Part shown: positions 38,892 through 51,540 of the stretch, in pieces
Numbering within the stretch: position 1 is the stretch's first letter
How the letters are laid out: every line of letters begins with the position of its first letter
Source: Chiloscyllium plagiosum
Lineage: Eukaryota
DNA length: 64,000 nucleotides
Direction of reading: 5' to 3'
Assembly (NCBI RefSeq): GCF_004010195.1
Contig: NC_057759.1
Span: 6,861,853 to 6,925,852, forward strand
The notes under the pieces: generated by a model
The model's database searches: none
Seen by the model: the letters and a program-made list of their open reading frames with translations, nothing else
What the model was told of the DNA's origin: nothing
Position numbers and translations under genes: made by a program

Positions 38892-39181
38892 GGCGGCACT
38901 GCTGCATCACAGCGCCAGAGACCCGGGTTCAATTCCCTACTCAGGCGACTGACTGTGTGGAGTTTGCACGTTCTCCCCGTGTCTGCGTGGGTTTCCTCCG
39001 GGTGCTCCGGTTTCCTCCCACAGTCCAAAGATGTGCAGGTCAGGTGAATTGGCCATGCTAAATTGCCCGTAGTGTTAGGTAAGGGGTAAATGTAGGGGTA
39101 TGGGTGGGTTGCGCTTCAGCGGGGCGTTGTGGACTTGTTGGGCCGAAGGGCCTTTTTCCACACTGTAAGTAATCTAATCTA
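38892..39181 (+). mobile_element. HE1-type V-SINE
   Basis: B-box GGTTCAATTCCC, V-domain and a GTAAGTAATCTAATCT tail. Confidence 0.93.
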
Positions 39182-40959
39182 AAACTTTTAGCCACAGTGT
39201 TGTGTAATGGAATGGCTTATAATAGACACTGCATAATTGTCAACAAATACTGATTTGCAATTTTTGTTTTAGAGTGGCCACGATGCAATCAATTAAGACT
39301 CTTGCAAAAAAAGATTCTCAAATGCTGGGGTACTTATTAAGGGTGCGGAGGTTTCCTTATTTCTTGACATATCTGGTAAAATTCAAACACTTCTCAACAT
39401 GTCTGGGCCAATAAAAATATTTTGCTAGTTTGGGTGAATTTTTTCTTACTCCCACATTAACTCCTCCTGATAACTCATGCGACCCAGAACACATCTTTTC
39501 TGTAAACCACTGGTAATACAACTTGATGAACTTTTGCCCATTTTCTTCCAGCAATATATGTGTAGGACCCCATTTCTCGTCAGAACTTCCTTTTCAAGAT
39601 TGGATGCACTCTGATTCTTCCTCTGTGTACACCTTTTGATGCAACGACTTTATTTGTCGTCTTTCAGTTGTAATTCAGGTCACATCTCGGAAATAAAAAA
39701 GAAATCTACCTTATCCTTCATCCTGTTCTCGTTTTCTTAATCATTGTATCAAACAGTTTATGAGAATTAAGCGTCAACTTCCTTGTCTTTTACTCTGACA
39801 TCTCTTCCTGTTTCAAATTACACGTTGTGACTATGCTTCGACCCAGACAGAAATAAATCCCAGGATATACTTCTGGAATACCGCAGTTTAAAAAAAAAAT
39901 CCACTGAAGTTTCAATCAGAGGAATCATCAGTCTAACCTGTGATCCAGCTGTATCATTACCAAAGCTGAACCGTACGTTCAAAACAAATGATTTCTCTGT
40001 TACTCTTGTCACAAAACTGGTCTGTTTTTATTTTGAAAAGCTGTTGGTTTTCTCAAGAGTACTGTGTTGTTGATTCTTTTCCGAGCGGTTGCAAAAGACT
40101 CCAGGTTCCAAAACGGCTGGGTTTGGTATAGAGATAAAAGGGTATTGATAGGCCTCTTTGTTTATACTTGAACAGATGAGACTTTAGCCCAAAGCTTTTA
40201 TTTTTAGAAGTGACTTCATAATGAAAGGGGAGCGGCCAGTCTGGAAACTGGAGTTAAGTTAGAGTCAGTTCAGGTGTGGAGCGGTGTGGAAACAGGCTGC
40301 TGAACTCTCTCTCCATCTGTCCTTCCAACATAGACCTGTAAGGTTTTGTTTCTTTTTTTTTGCTCTCTGCTTAAGTGGTTTGTTTATTTTGTTACGACAC
40401 GGGGTAAATTCTCCAGCTTAATTTAAAACCAGCAACACAGAAAAGATTGATCCCGTGCAGTAATCTGTGAAAATTCGATATCCAATAATTAGTTAAAGTA
40501 AAAGGTAAAGACTATATACTTAAAGTATACCAGAGAATAACTATTTACAGTACCCAATCTTTTACCTTCGCTTCCATAATACTAATCCGATAAAATTCCC
40601 GACTATGATTTACAATATAAAACATCTGATCTCAAAACCAGGCACCTTTTATTCTTCTCTGTATTTCGGTCTTCTTTTTTTCTTCTATAGGATTCTTTTT
40701 CGCAGGTTACGGAGCGATAAAGGCACGTTTAAGGTACATATTTTTCAGGCAGTCATTTTAAATGCTGATAGTTTGTCGGTTCTCCTCTCAGCTGTTCAAT
40801 TTTACTCTGTCTTATAATCCCAAAGCATCGGATTGTAGATTGACTTTGAAGATTGTCAATATACCAATTTCAAACTGGTTTGAAATTTGGTACTTTTGGG
40901 GTATAATTTAAATTAATTGGCCGAATTCAAATCTCTTCTGTCATTTCCAGGCAACCCTC

Positions 40960-41183
40960 AAATACCCCTTCACCTAACACTACGGGCAATTTAGCATGGC
41001 CAATTCACCTGACCTGCACATCTTTGAACTGTGGGAGGAAACTGGAGCACCCGGAGGAAACCCACGCAGACACGGGGAGAATGTGCAAACTCCACACAGA
41101 GAGTCGCCTGATGCGGGAATTGAACCCGGGTCTCTGGCGCTGTGAGGCAGCAGTGCTAACCACTGTGGCACCGTGCCACCCCC
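40960..41183 (-). mobile_element. HE1-type SINE, 3'-truncated
   Basis: Head and V-domain are present; it sits at the inner edge of the left LTR of element B. Confidence 0.9.
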
Positions 41184-42827
41184 GTGTAGCTATATATATC
41201 TATATATTTAACATTAAATAAAAACAAAGCTCATATAAACTCTGTCATTTAAATCCGGTGATACCGCATCTATGATTACATTCTTTCGACCTGCAACATG
41301 TATGATTTTTACATTAAACGTCTGTAACACAAGAATCCAACTAAATAGTCTCTTATTCTTGTGTTTAAAGTCTTCTAAGAATGTAAGCAGATTGTGATCC
41401 ATATACGTAACTGTCTCCGATTGTTCATGACATACGCATTAAAATGTTTTAAGGCCAGTACCAATCTCTATAGTTCCTTTTCGACTGTGGAGGATTTCCT
41501 CTGATGGATGTTGATCTTCTTCGAAAAATAACTAACTGACAGTTCAATCACATCCTCATCTTCCTGTAGGTGTACAGCTCCAACGCCAATGTCACTAGCA
41601 TCAATCGCGACTTTAAAATGTTTTGAGAAGTTTGGTGAAACTAAACCTGGTTTGATGGTTAACATGGCTTTCAAATAGTGGAATGCCTCCTGGCATGTTT
41701 CTGGCCACCGAAGCGTTGTGTTCTTCTTCAGCAAATTGGTCAACGGTACCACTACACTGCTAAAGATTGAAGCAAATTTCCCAAAAAAATCATTGAGTCA
41801 TAAGAATCGAAGCACAGCTTCCTTCGTGGTCGGTCGTGGAAATTCCTATGGCCTTCATCTTTTCAATCTCTGCGGTCAAAATTCCATGAATGATGTTATG
41901 TCCCAAGAACATAACTACTGCTTTCGTGAATTCCTTTTTTTCTCAAGTTTATTACCAGTTTTGCTTCTCGTAGTCGGTCAAATAGCTCTGCCAACTGTAC
42001 CATGTGATATTTCCAGGGCTTACAAAAGATCACTACATCGTCCAAATAGTCGGCACAGTTTGATAACCCAGACGCAACTCTGTTCATATGTCTTGGGAAT
42101 GTGGTAGATGTGTTCATCAATACAAAAGGGCGTCATTGAAACTCATATAGCACATTTGGGGTCACAGCCACAGAAATATCTTTCACTGTTTCTGATAAAG
42201 TTATCAGACAGTAACCACGCATTAAATCCAACTTTCTGATGTAACTGGCTTGTCTGACTTTCTCAATGCAGGCCTCCAATCCAGCAATTGGATATGAGTC
42301 CGACTTTGTAACGGTGTTGGCCTTCTGATAATTCACGTAGAATCATTGAATCTCATTTGTTTTAGGAAATAAGAGTATTGGCGAACTCGACAAGCCATGT
42401 CTGGCTTTGAAAGGATAAAGCCGATAGGGGTGTTGTTTGGTTGGAGCAGTTTTACTTATGTCGACTTCATGTTTAATAGCATTAATCCTCCTTGTCTGAT
42501 TCTTACTTATGTCCTTATACAGCAGTAATAAAATCTTTCAACCGCATTTTATGTTCTTGAGACACATAGCTGACGAACCTACCCCACTCCTCAAAGACTT
42601 CTTCATTTATTAATGTATTTTGAGACACTTCAAAATGCACATAATCTGTATTTGATTCCTCACTCTGTGGTCAGCAACTAACACCTTTTTCTTCAGTTCT
42701 TTCTCTCTGGCATAATACGGTTTCAACATGTTCACATGTCATACCTTACATATTTATTTTTCGATCTGGCATCTTTATTAGATCGTTCACCTGACTCAAC
42801 TTTTTCTCAATTTGATAGGGACCACTA

Positions 42828-45800
42828 AGTCATGGAGATGTACAGCACGGAAACAGACCCTTCATTCCAACTCGACTATGCCGACCAGATATCCCAACCT
42901 AATCTAATCCCATGTTCCAGCACCTGGTCCACATCCCTCCAAACCCTTCCTATTCATATACCCATCCAGATGCATTTTAAATTTAACTTCGTGTGGCAGT
43001 TAACTTCACACATGCAACATCCTCAGCGTGTAAACGTTGCCTCTTAGGTCTCTTTTACACCTTTCCTCTCTAACCTTAAACCTATGCCCTCCAGTTCTGG
43101 TTTCGCCCACATCTGGGAAAAGACATTGGCTATATCCTCTATCCATGCCCCTCATGATTTTCTAAACCTTAATAAGGTCACCCCTTAGCATCCGACGCTC
43201 CAGAGGAAACAGCCCTTGCCTATTCAACCTCCCCCTGTAGCTGAAAACCTCCAACCCTGGCAACATCCTTGTAAATCTTTTCTGAACCCTTTCAACTTTC
43301 ACAACATCTTTCCAATAGGAAGGAGACCAGAATTGCGCGCAATATTCTAAAGGTGGCCGAACCAATGTCCATTACAGCCGCAACATAACCTCCCAACTCC
43401 TGTGCTCAATACTCTAACCACTAAAGGAAAGTATAGTAAATGCCTTCTTCGCTATCGTATTCTACTTCAAGGAGTTCTGCACAATGACTCCAATGTCTCT
43501 TTGCTCAGCAACGCTCCCTACGACCTTACCATTAAGTGTATAGGTCCAGCAAAATTTTCTTTCCCAAAAAGAAAAACCTCACATTTGTTTGAATTAAACT
43601 CCATCTGCCACTCCTCAGCCCATTGATGCATCTGATCAAGATTGTTATGATCCGAGGTAACCACCTTCGCTGTCCACTACACTGCCAATTATAGTGTCAC
43701 CTGCAAATTATTAACATTACTAGTGGACCCAGCAGGGATCCTTGTGGCACTCCACTGGTCACAGGCCTCTAACCTGAAAAACAACCCTCCACCACTATCC
43801 TCTGACCACAACCTTTGTACCAGTTTTGTATTCAAATGGCTAGTTCTCCCCGTATTGCTTGAGAACTAACCTTGCTAACCAATCTCCCATGGAGAACCTT
43901 GTCGAACGCCTTACTGAAGTCCACATATATCAGGTCTACCACTGTGCCCTCATCAATCCTCTTTGTTACTTCTTGAAAAAAAAACTCAATCTCGTTTGTG
44001 AGACATGATTTCCCGCGCACAAAGCCATGTTGACGATCCTTAATCAGTCGTTATCTTTCCAAAAATATGTACACTCTGCCCCTCAGGATTCCCTCCAACA
44101 ACTTTCCCATTATTGACGTCAGGCTCACTGGACTCTAGTTCCCTGGCTTGTCATTGTCACCTTCCTGAAATAGAGGTACCACGTTTGCCAACCTCCAGGC
44201 TTCTGGTATCTCACATGATATAAGTATCTCAACAAAGAGGCTCAGCAATCACTTCTCTAGTTTCCTACAACATTCTCGGGCACACCTGATGAATTGCTGC
44301 GAATTGCGTTTTATGCGTTTCGAGGCATCCAGCACTTCCTCCTCTGTAATATGGACATTACTGAAAATATTATCATATATTATCCTCCATTCTATGTAGA
44401 GTCGTAGAGTCATAGAAATGTGCAGCACAGAAACAGACACTTCAGTCCAGACCAACCATGCAGACCAGATAACCCAAACCAATCTAGTTCCACCTGCCAG
44501 CACCCGGCCCATATCTCTCCAAACCCTTACTATTTATACATCCAACCAAATGCCTTTTAAATTTCGCAATTGTACTAGGCTCCACCACTTTCTCTGGCAG
44601 CTCATTTCATGCACGTAGCACCCTCTCCGTGAAAACCTTGCTACCCAGTTCTCTTTTATATATTTTCCATCTCACCCTAGCTCTATGCCCTGTAGTTCTG
44701 GACTCCCCCACCCCAGGGAGCATATCTTGTCTATTTATCGTATCCATGCCCCTCATGATTTAATAAACCTCTCTGAGGTCACCCCTCAGTCTCCGACGCT
44801 CCAGAGAAAACAGTCCCAGTCTGGTCAGCCCCTCCCTATAGTTCAAATCCTCCAACCCTGGCAACGTCATTGTAATTTTTTTCTGAACCCTTTCAAGTTT
44901 CACAAAATCTTTCCGATAACAAGGAGGGCAGAATTGCACGCATTTTACTTTACTATTTATTGTGGAAAAGGACATGGAAGACATAGAATGCAGGGAAGTA
45001 GATGGTGACATCTTGAAAAAATGTCCACGTTACAGAGGAGGAAGTGCTGGATGTCTTGAAACGCTTAAAAGTGGATAAATCCCTAGGACTTGATCAGGTG
45101 TACCCTAGAACTACTGTCCTTCTTCACAGTAAACACTGATACAAAATACTCATTTAGTATCTCCCCCATCTCCTGAGGCTCCACACAAAGTCCATCTTTG
45201 CTGATCTTTGAGGGGCTCCATTCTTTCCCTATTTACCCTTTTGTCCTTAATTCATTTGGAAAAAAACTTAACTCGATTTGCCAAAGTTATCTCATGTCGC
45301 CTTTTTGCCTTCCTGAGTTACCTCTTAAGTTTACTCCTACTGCCTTTATACTCTTCTAAGGATTCACTCGATCTATCCAGTCTATGCCTGATATATGCTT
45401 TCTTCTTTTTCTTATCCAAACCCTCAATTACTTTCGTCATGCAGCATTTTATGTAGCTACCAGCCTTTCCGTTCAGTGTAACTGGCAGATATTGTCTCTG
45501 GACTCTCGTTGTCACATTTCTGAAGGCTTGCTATTTTCCAGCCTTTCATTTACTTGCGAACATCTGTCCCCAACAGCCTTTGAAAGTTATTGCCTAATGC
45601 CGTCAAAATTGGCCTTAGCCCAATCTTGAACTTCACATTTTGCATCTCGTCCATCTTTTTCCATCACTATTTCAAAACTAATAGAATTATGACCGCCGGC
45701 CCCAAATGGCTCCCCCACTGACACATCAGTCGCCTCCTTTGTCTTATATCCTAAGAGTAGGTCAAGTTTTGCACCTTCTCCTGTAGGTACACCCACATAC

Positions 45801-46900
45801 TGAATCAGAAAACTTTCTTGTACATGCTGAACAAATTCCTTTCCATCTATATCCTTAACACTATGGCAATCCCAGTATATGTTTGGAAAGTTGAAATAAC
45901 CAACCATAACTCCCCTATTATTCTTATAGATAACTGAAATCTCCTTACAAATTTGTTTCTCAATTTCTCTCTGACTATTAGGGGTCTATAATACAGTCCG
46001 ATTAAGTAATCATCCCTTTCTTATTTCTCAGTTCTAACCAAATAACTTCCCTGGATATATTTCTGAGAATATCATCCCTCAGTATAACTGTAATGCTGTC
46101 CCTTAACAAAAACGTCACTCCCCTCTTCTCTTGCCTCCGTTTCTGTCCTTCCTGTTGCATTGGTATCCTGGAACATTAAGCTGTCAGTCCTGTACATCCT
46201 TGAGCCATGTTTCTGTAATTGTTATGTTATTCCAATTCCATGTTCCTAACCATGTCTTGAGTTGACCTGCCTTCCTTGTTGGCCCCTTGCGTTGAAATCG
46301 TTTATCATCCTACCCTGTTTTCTGATTTGTCCCTACTTGCCCTGTGAGTTTGACTCGCTCCGTTACTCAACTCTGCCAGTCTCAGATTAGTCTCTTTACT
46401 CAATATCTCCGTGGGTCCCGCACCCCTCAATTTACTAGTTTAAATCCTCCCGAGCTCTAGAAAATCTCCCTGCCAGTATATTTCTCCCCTTCCAATTTAG
46501 GTGCAATCCGTCCTTCTTTTACATATTACTTCTGCCCCAGAATAGATTCCAATGATCCAAAGAATGTGAATCTTTTTCTCATACACCAGCTCCTCATCCA
46601 TGCATTCATCTGCTCTATCCTTCTATTCCTACCCTCACTAGTTCATAGCGCCGAGAGTAATCCAGATATTACAACTCTTGAGGAACTTTTTTTTAAATTC
46701 CTACCTAACTCTCTGTATTCTCCCTTCAGAATCTCAACCTTTTCCCTTCCTATGTCGTTGGTTCCAATGTGTACAATGACCTCCTAGTGGGCCCTCTCCC
46801 CTTTTAGAACATTCTTCCCCTTCTCTGAGACAGCCTTGAAGCAACACACTATTCTGATTTTTCGCTGCCGGCTACAGAAACACGTGTCTGTACTTATGAC
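42828..46900 (-). mobile_element. Near full-length CR1 LINE (ORF1 esterase + ORF2 APE/RT), degenerate
   Basis: The ORF1 region at ~46480-46790 reads EVIVHIGTNDIGREKVEILKGEYRELG..RVVISGLL (SGNH-esterase-like). APE region MVGYFNFPNIYW..KLDLLLG; RT LIYVDFSKAFDKV; 3' UTR at ~42830. Confidence 0.88.
44397..45110. mobile_element. Second CR1 copy with an inverted 5' segment, nested in the CR1
   Basis: Minus-strand 3' end at 44397-44941 is joined to a plus-strand ORF2 piece at ~44950-45110 (VHVTEEEVLDVLKRLKVDKSLGLDQVYPR). Confidence 0.75.
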
Positions 46901-46907
46901 TTCAGTT

Positions 46908-46939
46908 TCCTGAAGAAGGGCTTATTCCTGAAACGTCGA
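46908..46939 (+). ncRNA. Degenerate minimal hammerhead motif in a Penelope terminal fragment
   Basis: TC-CTGAAGA-AGGGCTTATTCCT-GAAA-CGTC-GA; helix II is partly decayed. Confidence 0.55.
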
Positions 46940-47205
46940 TTCTCCTTCTCCTCGATTCGGCCCAACAAGTCCACACTGACCCGCCGAAGCACAACCCAAT
47001 ATGAGAATCATCTTCGAATCCAAGTACCTCTTTAGCATTTTTAAGAACCATTTCTCTCACTTTTAATTTACCCAACCACATGTCACCGAAAGTAAATACC
47101 TCACCTAGGTGTAATTTAATGATCCAGGCCATGAGCCTGCAAGTGTTGAAATCTGCTGGGATTTCTTGTACCCCGAAACCTATTTAAATCTGTCTAAACC
47201 AGTTC

Positions 47206-47227
47206 AAATCACGGACCCGAGACCCCA
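47206..47227 (-). promoter_or_regulatory. Primer-binding site of element B, tRNA-Pro-like
   Basis: TGGGGTCTCGGGTCCGTGATTT begins 3 nt after the 5' LTR and resembles the tRNA-Pro PBS TGGGGGCTCGTCCGGGAT. Confidence 0.65.
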
Positions 47228-48871
47228 GTCTATTACGACACTGGGTGAACTATCTTGCTTAATTTAAAACCAGCAACAGGGAAAAGATTGATACCTTGCA
47301 GTAATCTGTGAAATCTTGATAGGCCAGTAACTACTTAATGTAAAAATTAACAACTTTGCAATTAAAGTATTAGAGAGAATAATTAACTAGCAACTATTTA
47401 CAATTCCTTACTCTGACCTAATCCTTCCCTTCCCTTCTATAATACTCGTCCGATAAAACTTCCGGTTACAATTTACAACACAAAACTTCTTATCTCAAAA
47501 GCAGGCAGCTTTCATTCTCCTCTATATTTCAGTCTTCTTTTCTTCTTCTCGGAGATTCTGCTTCATACGTTACTGATTGATAAAATTACGTTTCTGACAG
47601 CTACTTTTGACGCAGCCTTTTTACATGCTGGCAGCTTTAGCAGTTCTCCTCTCAAAAGTTCAATTTATAGTTTGGTCTTATACCTCCAAAGTATCGGAGT
47701 GTGTCATTGGCGTTAAAGATTGTCAATATATTATATTCAAACCGGATTGTCTTTCGATATTTTTCGGAGTATAATTTAAACTGATTGGCTTAATTCGAAT
47801 CCGTTTTGTCGTTTCCAGGCAACTAGCTACCCTATCTACCCCAGTAGCTGGAAAACCTGTTACATTGTATGCTATTGGGAACATTTGATGCTGTCAGGTA
47901 GAATTTGCTAGCTTTTAACTTTCTTAAAGGATGCAGCACACCCACATCTTCATAGCAATTGGGACAATTGTGTATATTCGGAACAGGATAATCAAGTCTA
48001 GTTTGGGATAGAATGAGTTATCTAGGTATTTTATATGATGTTCTTTGTGCTTTGTTCCATAATTTTGTGAATAAACTTTTATCTGTTTTAAAACCTGACA
48101 GTCAACCAAGTTACTTTACTCTGAGTAATATTCACTGTACACTTACCGAAACAAATAGCAAACTTACGGACTGGCCTGCCTGCTTCAGAATATTTTGCGT
48201 AGTCTGGTCTCGTCCGTAATACTCTTGCTACCACTTCACCACTTTTCACTTGACTGTCCAATCTAACCTTATGAATTGGAACACTATTCTTCTCACAATT
48301 AATTCTACCTGTTCATTTCGATCAAAACTTCTTCTAAATTGCACATCTCGTTTCTCATTTGCATTTGAATCTCATAATATCTTAATTTTTATATCTATTC
48401 TTCCTGGTACTGATGCACATGAATACACTTTGCCCGTGCAAATAAATTATTTGAAGAGAATTAGTACCTTCTTACCTACAAACCCCTTACCAGACTGTTC
48501 AACCTTTTGAATCTGTTTTGCTTCAACTGTGCATTCCTTTACCAAATTAATAAACACCAACGGCTTTTCCTGTTTTACCACATCCAATTTCCCAGCGTTT
48601 TTTAAAACCGCTGTGACTTCATGTGTTCTATACCATTACCGTGAAAACACCGGATGTTTTCACATTTCTGTTGCCCCTCATAGGATTCCTTTTCAAACTG
48701 TGGCAAACTATCTTCACGATCTCATTTTTCTTTAACTTCTGCTTTTTCCAATTTGTATCCAGAACAGATTGAAATTGATGCTAGAAGTCAAATTTTGATT
48801 TATGAACTATCTCTTAATCATCTGCTGTTTCTGCTGCTAATATTCTAGTTTTGTCTGTCTGGTCTTCCACA

Positions 48872-51430
48872 TAGAAACACAGAAACATAGGAAATATGAG
48901 CAGAATGAGGCCATTTGGCTCGCCAAGCCTGTTTCATCATTCATCACAATCATGGCTGATTGTCCAACTCAATCGCCTAATCATACCTTTTCTGCATAAA
49001 CTTTGATCACATTAACGCCAAGTGCTATATCTGGTGTCTTAAATGTATTAAATCTTTTAGAATCAAATATTTCCTGTTGCAATGAATTCCACAAGCTCAC
49101 CATCCTTTAGGTGGAGAAATGACTCGTCACATATGTTCTGAATGGTTCACCCCAAGTCCACAGACTGTGACTCCTTGCTCTCGACAAACCCATCATCGAG
49201 AAAATCCTCCTGCGTCCAACCTACCTGTCTGCTCCTGTTAGACTTTTAAAAGTCTGGGTGTAAGTTTTTCTCGTTGAGCTGGAAGGTTCATTTTTAGACA
49301 TTTCAACACCATGTCAAGTAACATCTTCAGTGAGCCCGGCTTCGTCCAGTGGCTCATTGAAGATGTTACTAGTATGGTGATGAAACGTCTGAAAATGGAA
49401 CTTTCAGCTCAGCGAGCAAACCTACACCCAGAACCTCAACCTGAGTTACAAATTTTCTGAAAACTCGCTTTTAAAAGTCTCTATGTGATCTCCTCTCATT
49501 TATAGAATCACTGAGATGCACAGCACGGAAACAGACCCTTTAGAACTATTCGTTCATGCTGACCAGATTTCCTAATCTAATCTAATCTCGCTCCATTTTC
49601 CAGCATTTGACCCATATCTCTCTAAATTCTTCCCATACATATATCCATTCAGATGCCTTTTCATTGTTGTAATTGTATCAATCTCCACCACTTCCTCTCA
49701 CCGCTCATTCCATACACACACCACCTTCTGCATGAAAATGTTGTTCCTTTGGTCCCTTTTAAATGTTTTCCCTCCCACCCTCTAGTTTGGACTCCCCTAC
49801 GACAGGGAAAAGACGTTGTCTATTTAATTTAGCAATGTCGTTCATGATTTTACATAACCATTGTGAGGTCACCCCTTATCCTCCGATTCTCCGTGGAAAA
49901 TAACCTCAACCTATTCAGCCTCTCCTGAAATATCAAATCCTTTAAACTTGGCAGCATTCTTTTAAGCCTTTTCTGAACCCTTTCAGGTATCACAACATCC
50001 TTCCAATAGGAAGGTACCAGAATTGCACACAATATTCCAAAAGTGTCCTAACCAATTTCCTGTGCAGCCGTAACATGACCTCTCAACCCCTGTAGTCAAT
50101 GCTCTCATCATTAATGGAAAACATATCAAACGCCTTCTTCACTATTCTATCTTGCTGCTCGTTTACTTTTAAGAAACAAAGATTCTGCACTCCAAGGTCT
50201 CTTTGTTCAGCAGTTGTCTGAACTCCCGTGAAATGAATCGTAACTTAGTCCATCTTTCTTCATGTGTTAGACCCACCAGCCCTGCTATCAGCACAGTAAT
50301 CCTTCACTTCACTTCCCGGAGAACAGGAGCTTTCTTCTACAGAACAGCAGATGAAAACTGTACACAGCATTCTTGGTGTGGACTCACCAAGGCCATGTAT
50401 AACTACAATAACACATTCCTTTTCCTTAACTCGAAACCTCTTGCAATGAAGGTGAACATATTATGTGCCTTCTTTACCGTTGCTGCACCTGTATGTTTAC
50501 CTTCAGCAATAGATGCACGCTTCCTTCTCCTAATTTACAGCCATTCCGGTAGTAAACTGTCTTCTTGTGCTTTGCTTCCAAAGTGAATAGCCTCACATTT
50601 ATACAAATTGTACTGCATCTGTCATTCATTTGCCCACTCACCCAACCTGTCCAGATTATGCTGAACGATTTCTGCACCCTTGTCACAGTTCACCCTCCCA
50701 TCCAACTTCGTAACATCTGCAAACTTTGAGATGCTATATTCTGTTCCCTCATCTAAGTCATTATTATATGTTGTGAATAGCTGTGATCCTAGCAACGATC
50801 CCTGTGAACACCACTAATCACCAATTGCCGATTCGAAAAGGACCCATTGTTTCGTACTCTTTGTTCCCTCTCTGTCGACCTCAATCTCAATCCATTTTAA
50901 TATATTTTCCTCAATCCCATGTGCTGTAATCTTGCACAATAATTTCTTACGTTGGACTGTGTCAAATGTTTTCTGGAGGCTAAACATACAATATCGAGTG
51001 AATTCCCCCTTGGCAACTCCAGTAGTTGCATCTGCAATGGTTCATTGACAAAAGTACATCAGTGACACAAATGAGTCAAACAAATAAATTTTTGAACTCC
51101 TCCAAAAAGTCTTTTTTGTTCTGGTGTGGGGGAGTCCAGAACTACAGGGCGTAGGTTTAGTGTGAGAGGGGAAAGATGTAAAAGAGACCGAAGGGGCAAC
51201 ATTTTCACGCACGGAATGGTACATGTTTGGAATGACCTACCAGAGCATTTCGTGGAGGCTAGTACAATTGCAACATTTAAAAGGCATCTGGATGGGTGTA
51301 TGAGTAGGATGGATTTGGAGGGATATGGGTCGTGTGCTGACAGGTGGAACTAGATTGGGTTGGGATATCTGCTCGGCATGGACATGTTGAACTGAAGACT
51401 ATGTTTCCATGCTGTACACCTCTATGCCTC
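48872..51430. mobile_element. Nested CR1 fragments (- 48872-51040 including a second copy 49500-50210; + 3' end 51105-51430)
   Basis: CR1 3' UTRs and tails; RT motif reverse complement ACATCTGCAAACTTTGAG (SKFADV); C-terminal ORFs ERVQKRLKRMLP and NIFTHGMVHVWNDLP. Confidence 0.8.
49256..49467. mobile_element. Palindromic Penelope-derived mini-element (family 3-related)
   Basis: Inverted arms around a spacer near 49335-49350, each with a decayed hammerhead (CTGAAGA..GAAATGTC on -, TTGAAGA..GAAACGTC on +); one-sided tail; 13-bp TSD CTTTTAAAAGTCT at 49243-49255 and 49468-49480. Confidence 0.85.
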
Positions 51431-51435
51431 CATTA

Positions 51436-51540
51436 CCAGATTATAGTTCAACAAGTTTATTTGAAACTTGTTGGACTATAATCTGGGATTGTGTGATTTT
51501 TAATTTCTTCCACCACATTCCAACACTGGCACTTCCACTT
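51436..51540. mobile_element. Very short palindromic Penelope remnant (family 2)
   Basis: CCAGATTATAGTTCAACAAGTTT..AAACTTGTTGGACTATAATCTGG hairpin, followed by the family-2 tail. Confidence 0.6.

Larger units (their letters stand above)
40390..47957 (-). mobile_element. Gypsy/Gmr1-like LTR retrotransposon B with two LTRs and an internal deletion
   Basis: Direct repeats 40390-40957 and 47231-47957. Gag start MVLKNAKEVLGFED (~47050). Integrase C-terminus SGPYQIEKKLS..HVNMLKPYY (~42720-42825) precedes RT (YQKANTVTKSDSYPI, YLDDVVIF) and RNase H (FKVAIDASDIGVGAV; DHNLLTFL..HVAGRKNV). Confidence 0.88.
40007..48221 (+). mobile_element. Solo LTR C, split by element B (halves 40007-40389 and 47958-48221)
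   Basis: Starts TGTCACA and ends TCCGTAATA; 4-bp TSD CTCT at 40003-40006 and 48222-48225. Removing it restores the element A reading SGEVVARV-TEKSFV. Confidence 0.7.
35999..48870 (-). mobile_element. Gypsy/Gmr1-like LTR retrotransposon A (degenerate gag-PR-IN-RT-RH), host of nested insertions
   Basis: Minus strand: gag/protease remnants 48870-48222 (FICTGKVYS..KIL*DSNA; KSGEVVARV), resuming TEKSFVLNVRFSFGNDTAGSQV at 40002. Integrase Zn-finger region SHELSGGVNVGVRK..YFYWP (~39450) and core (~38750). RT EIEHMLSNNIIKRSYSKCS..PQRLCVGY (~37850). RNase H FKVGINASDVGV..TDHNPL (~36620-36850). LTR-like sequence starts at ~35999. Confidence 0.8.
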
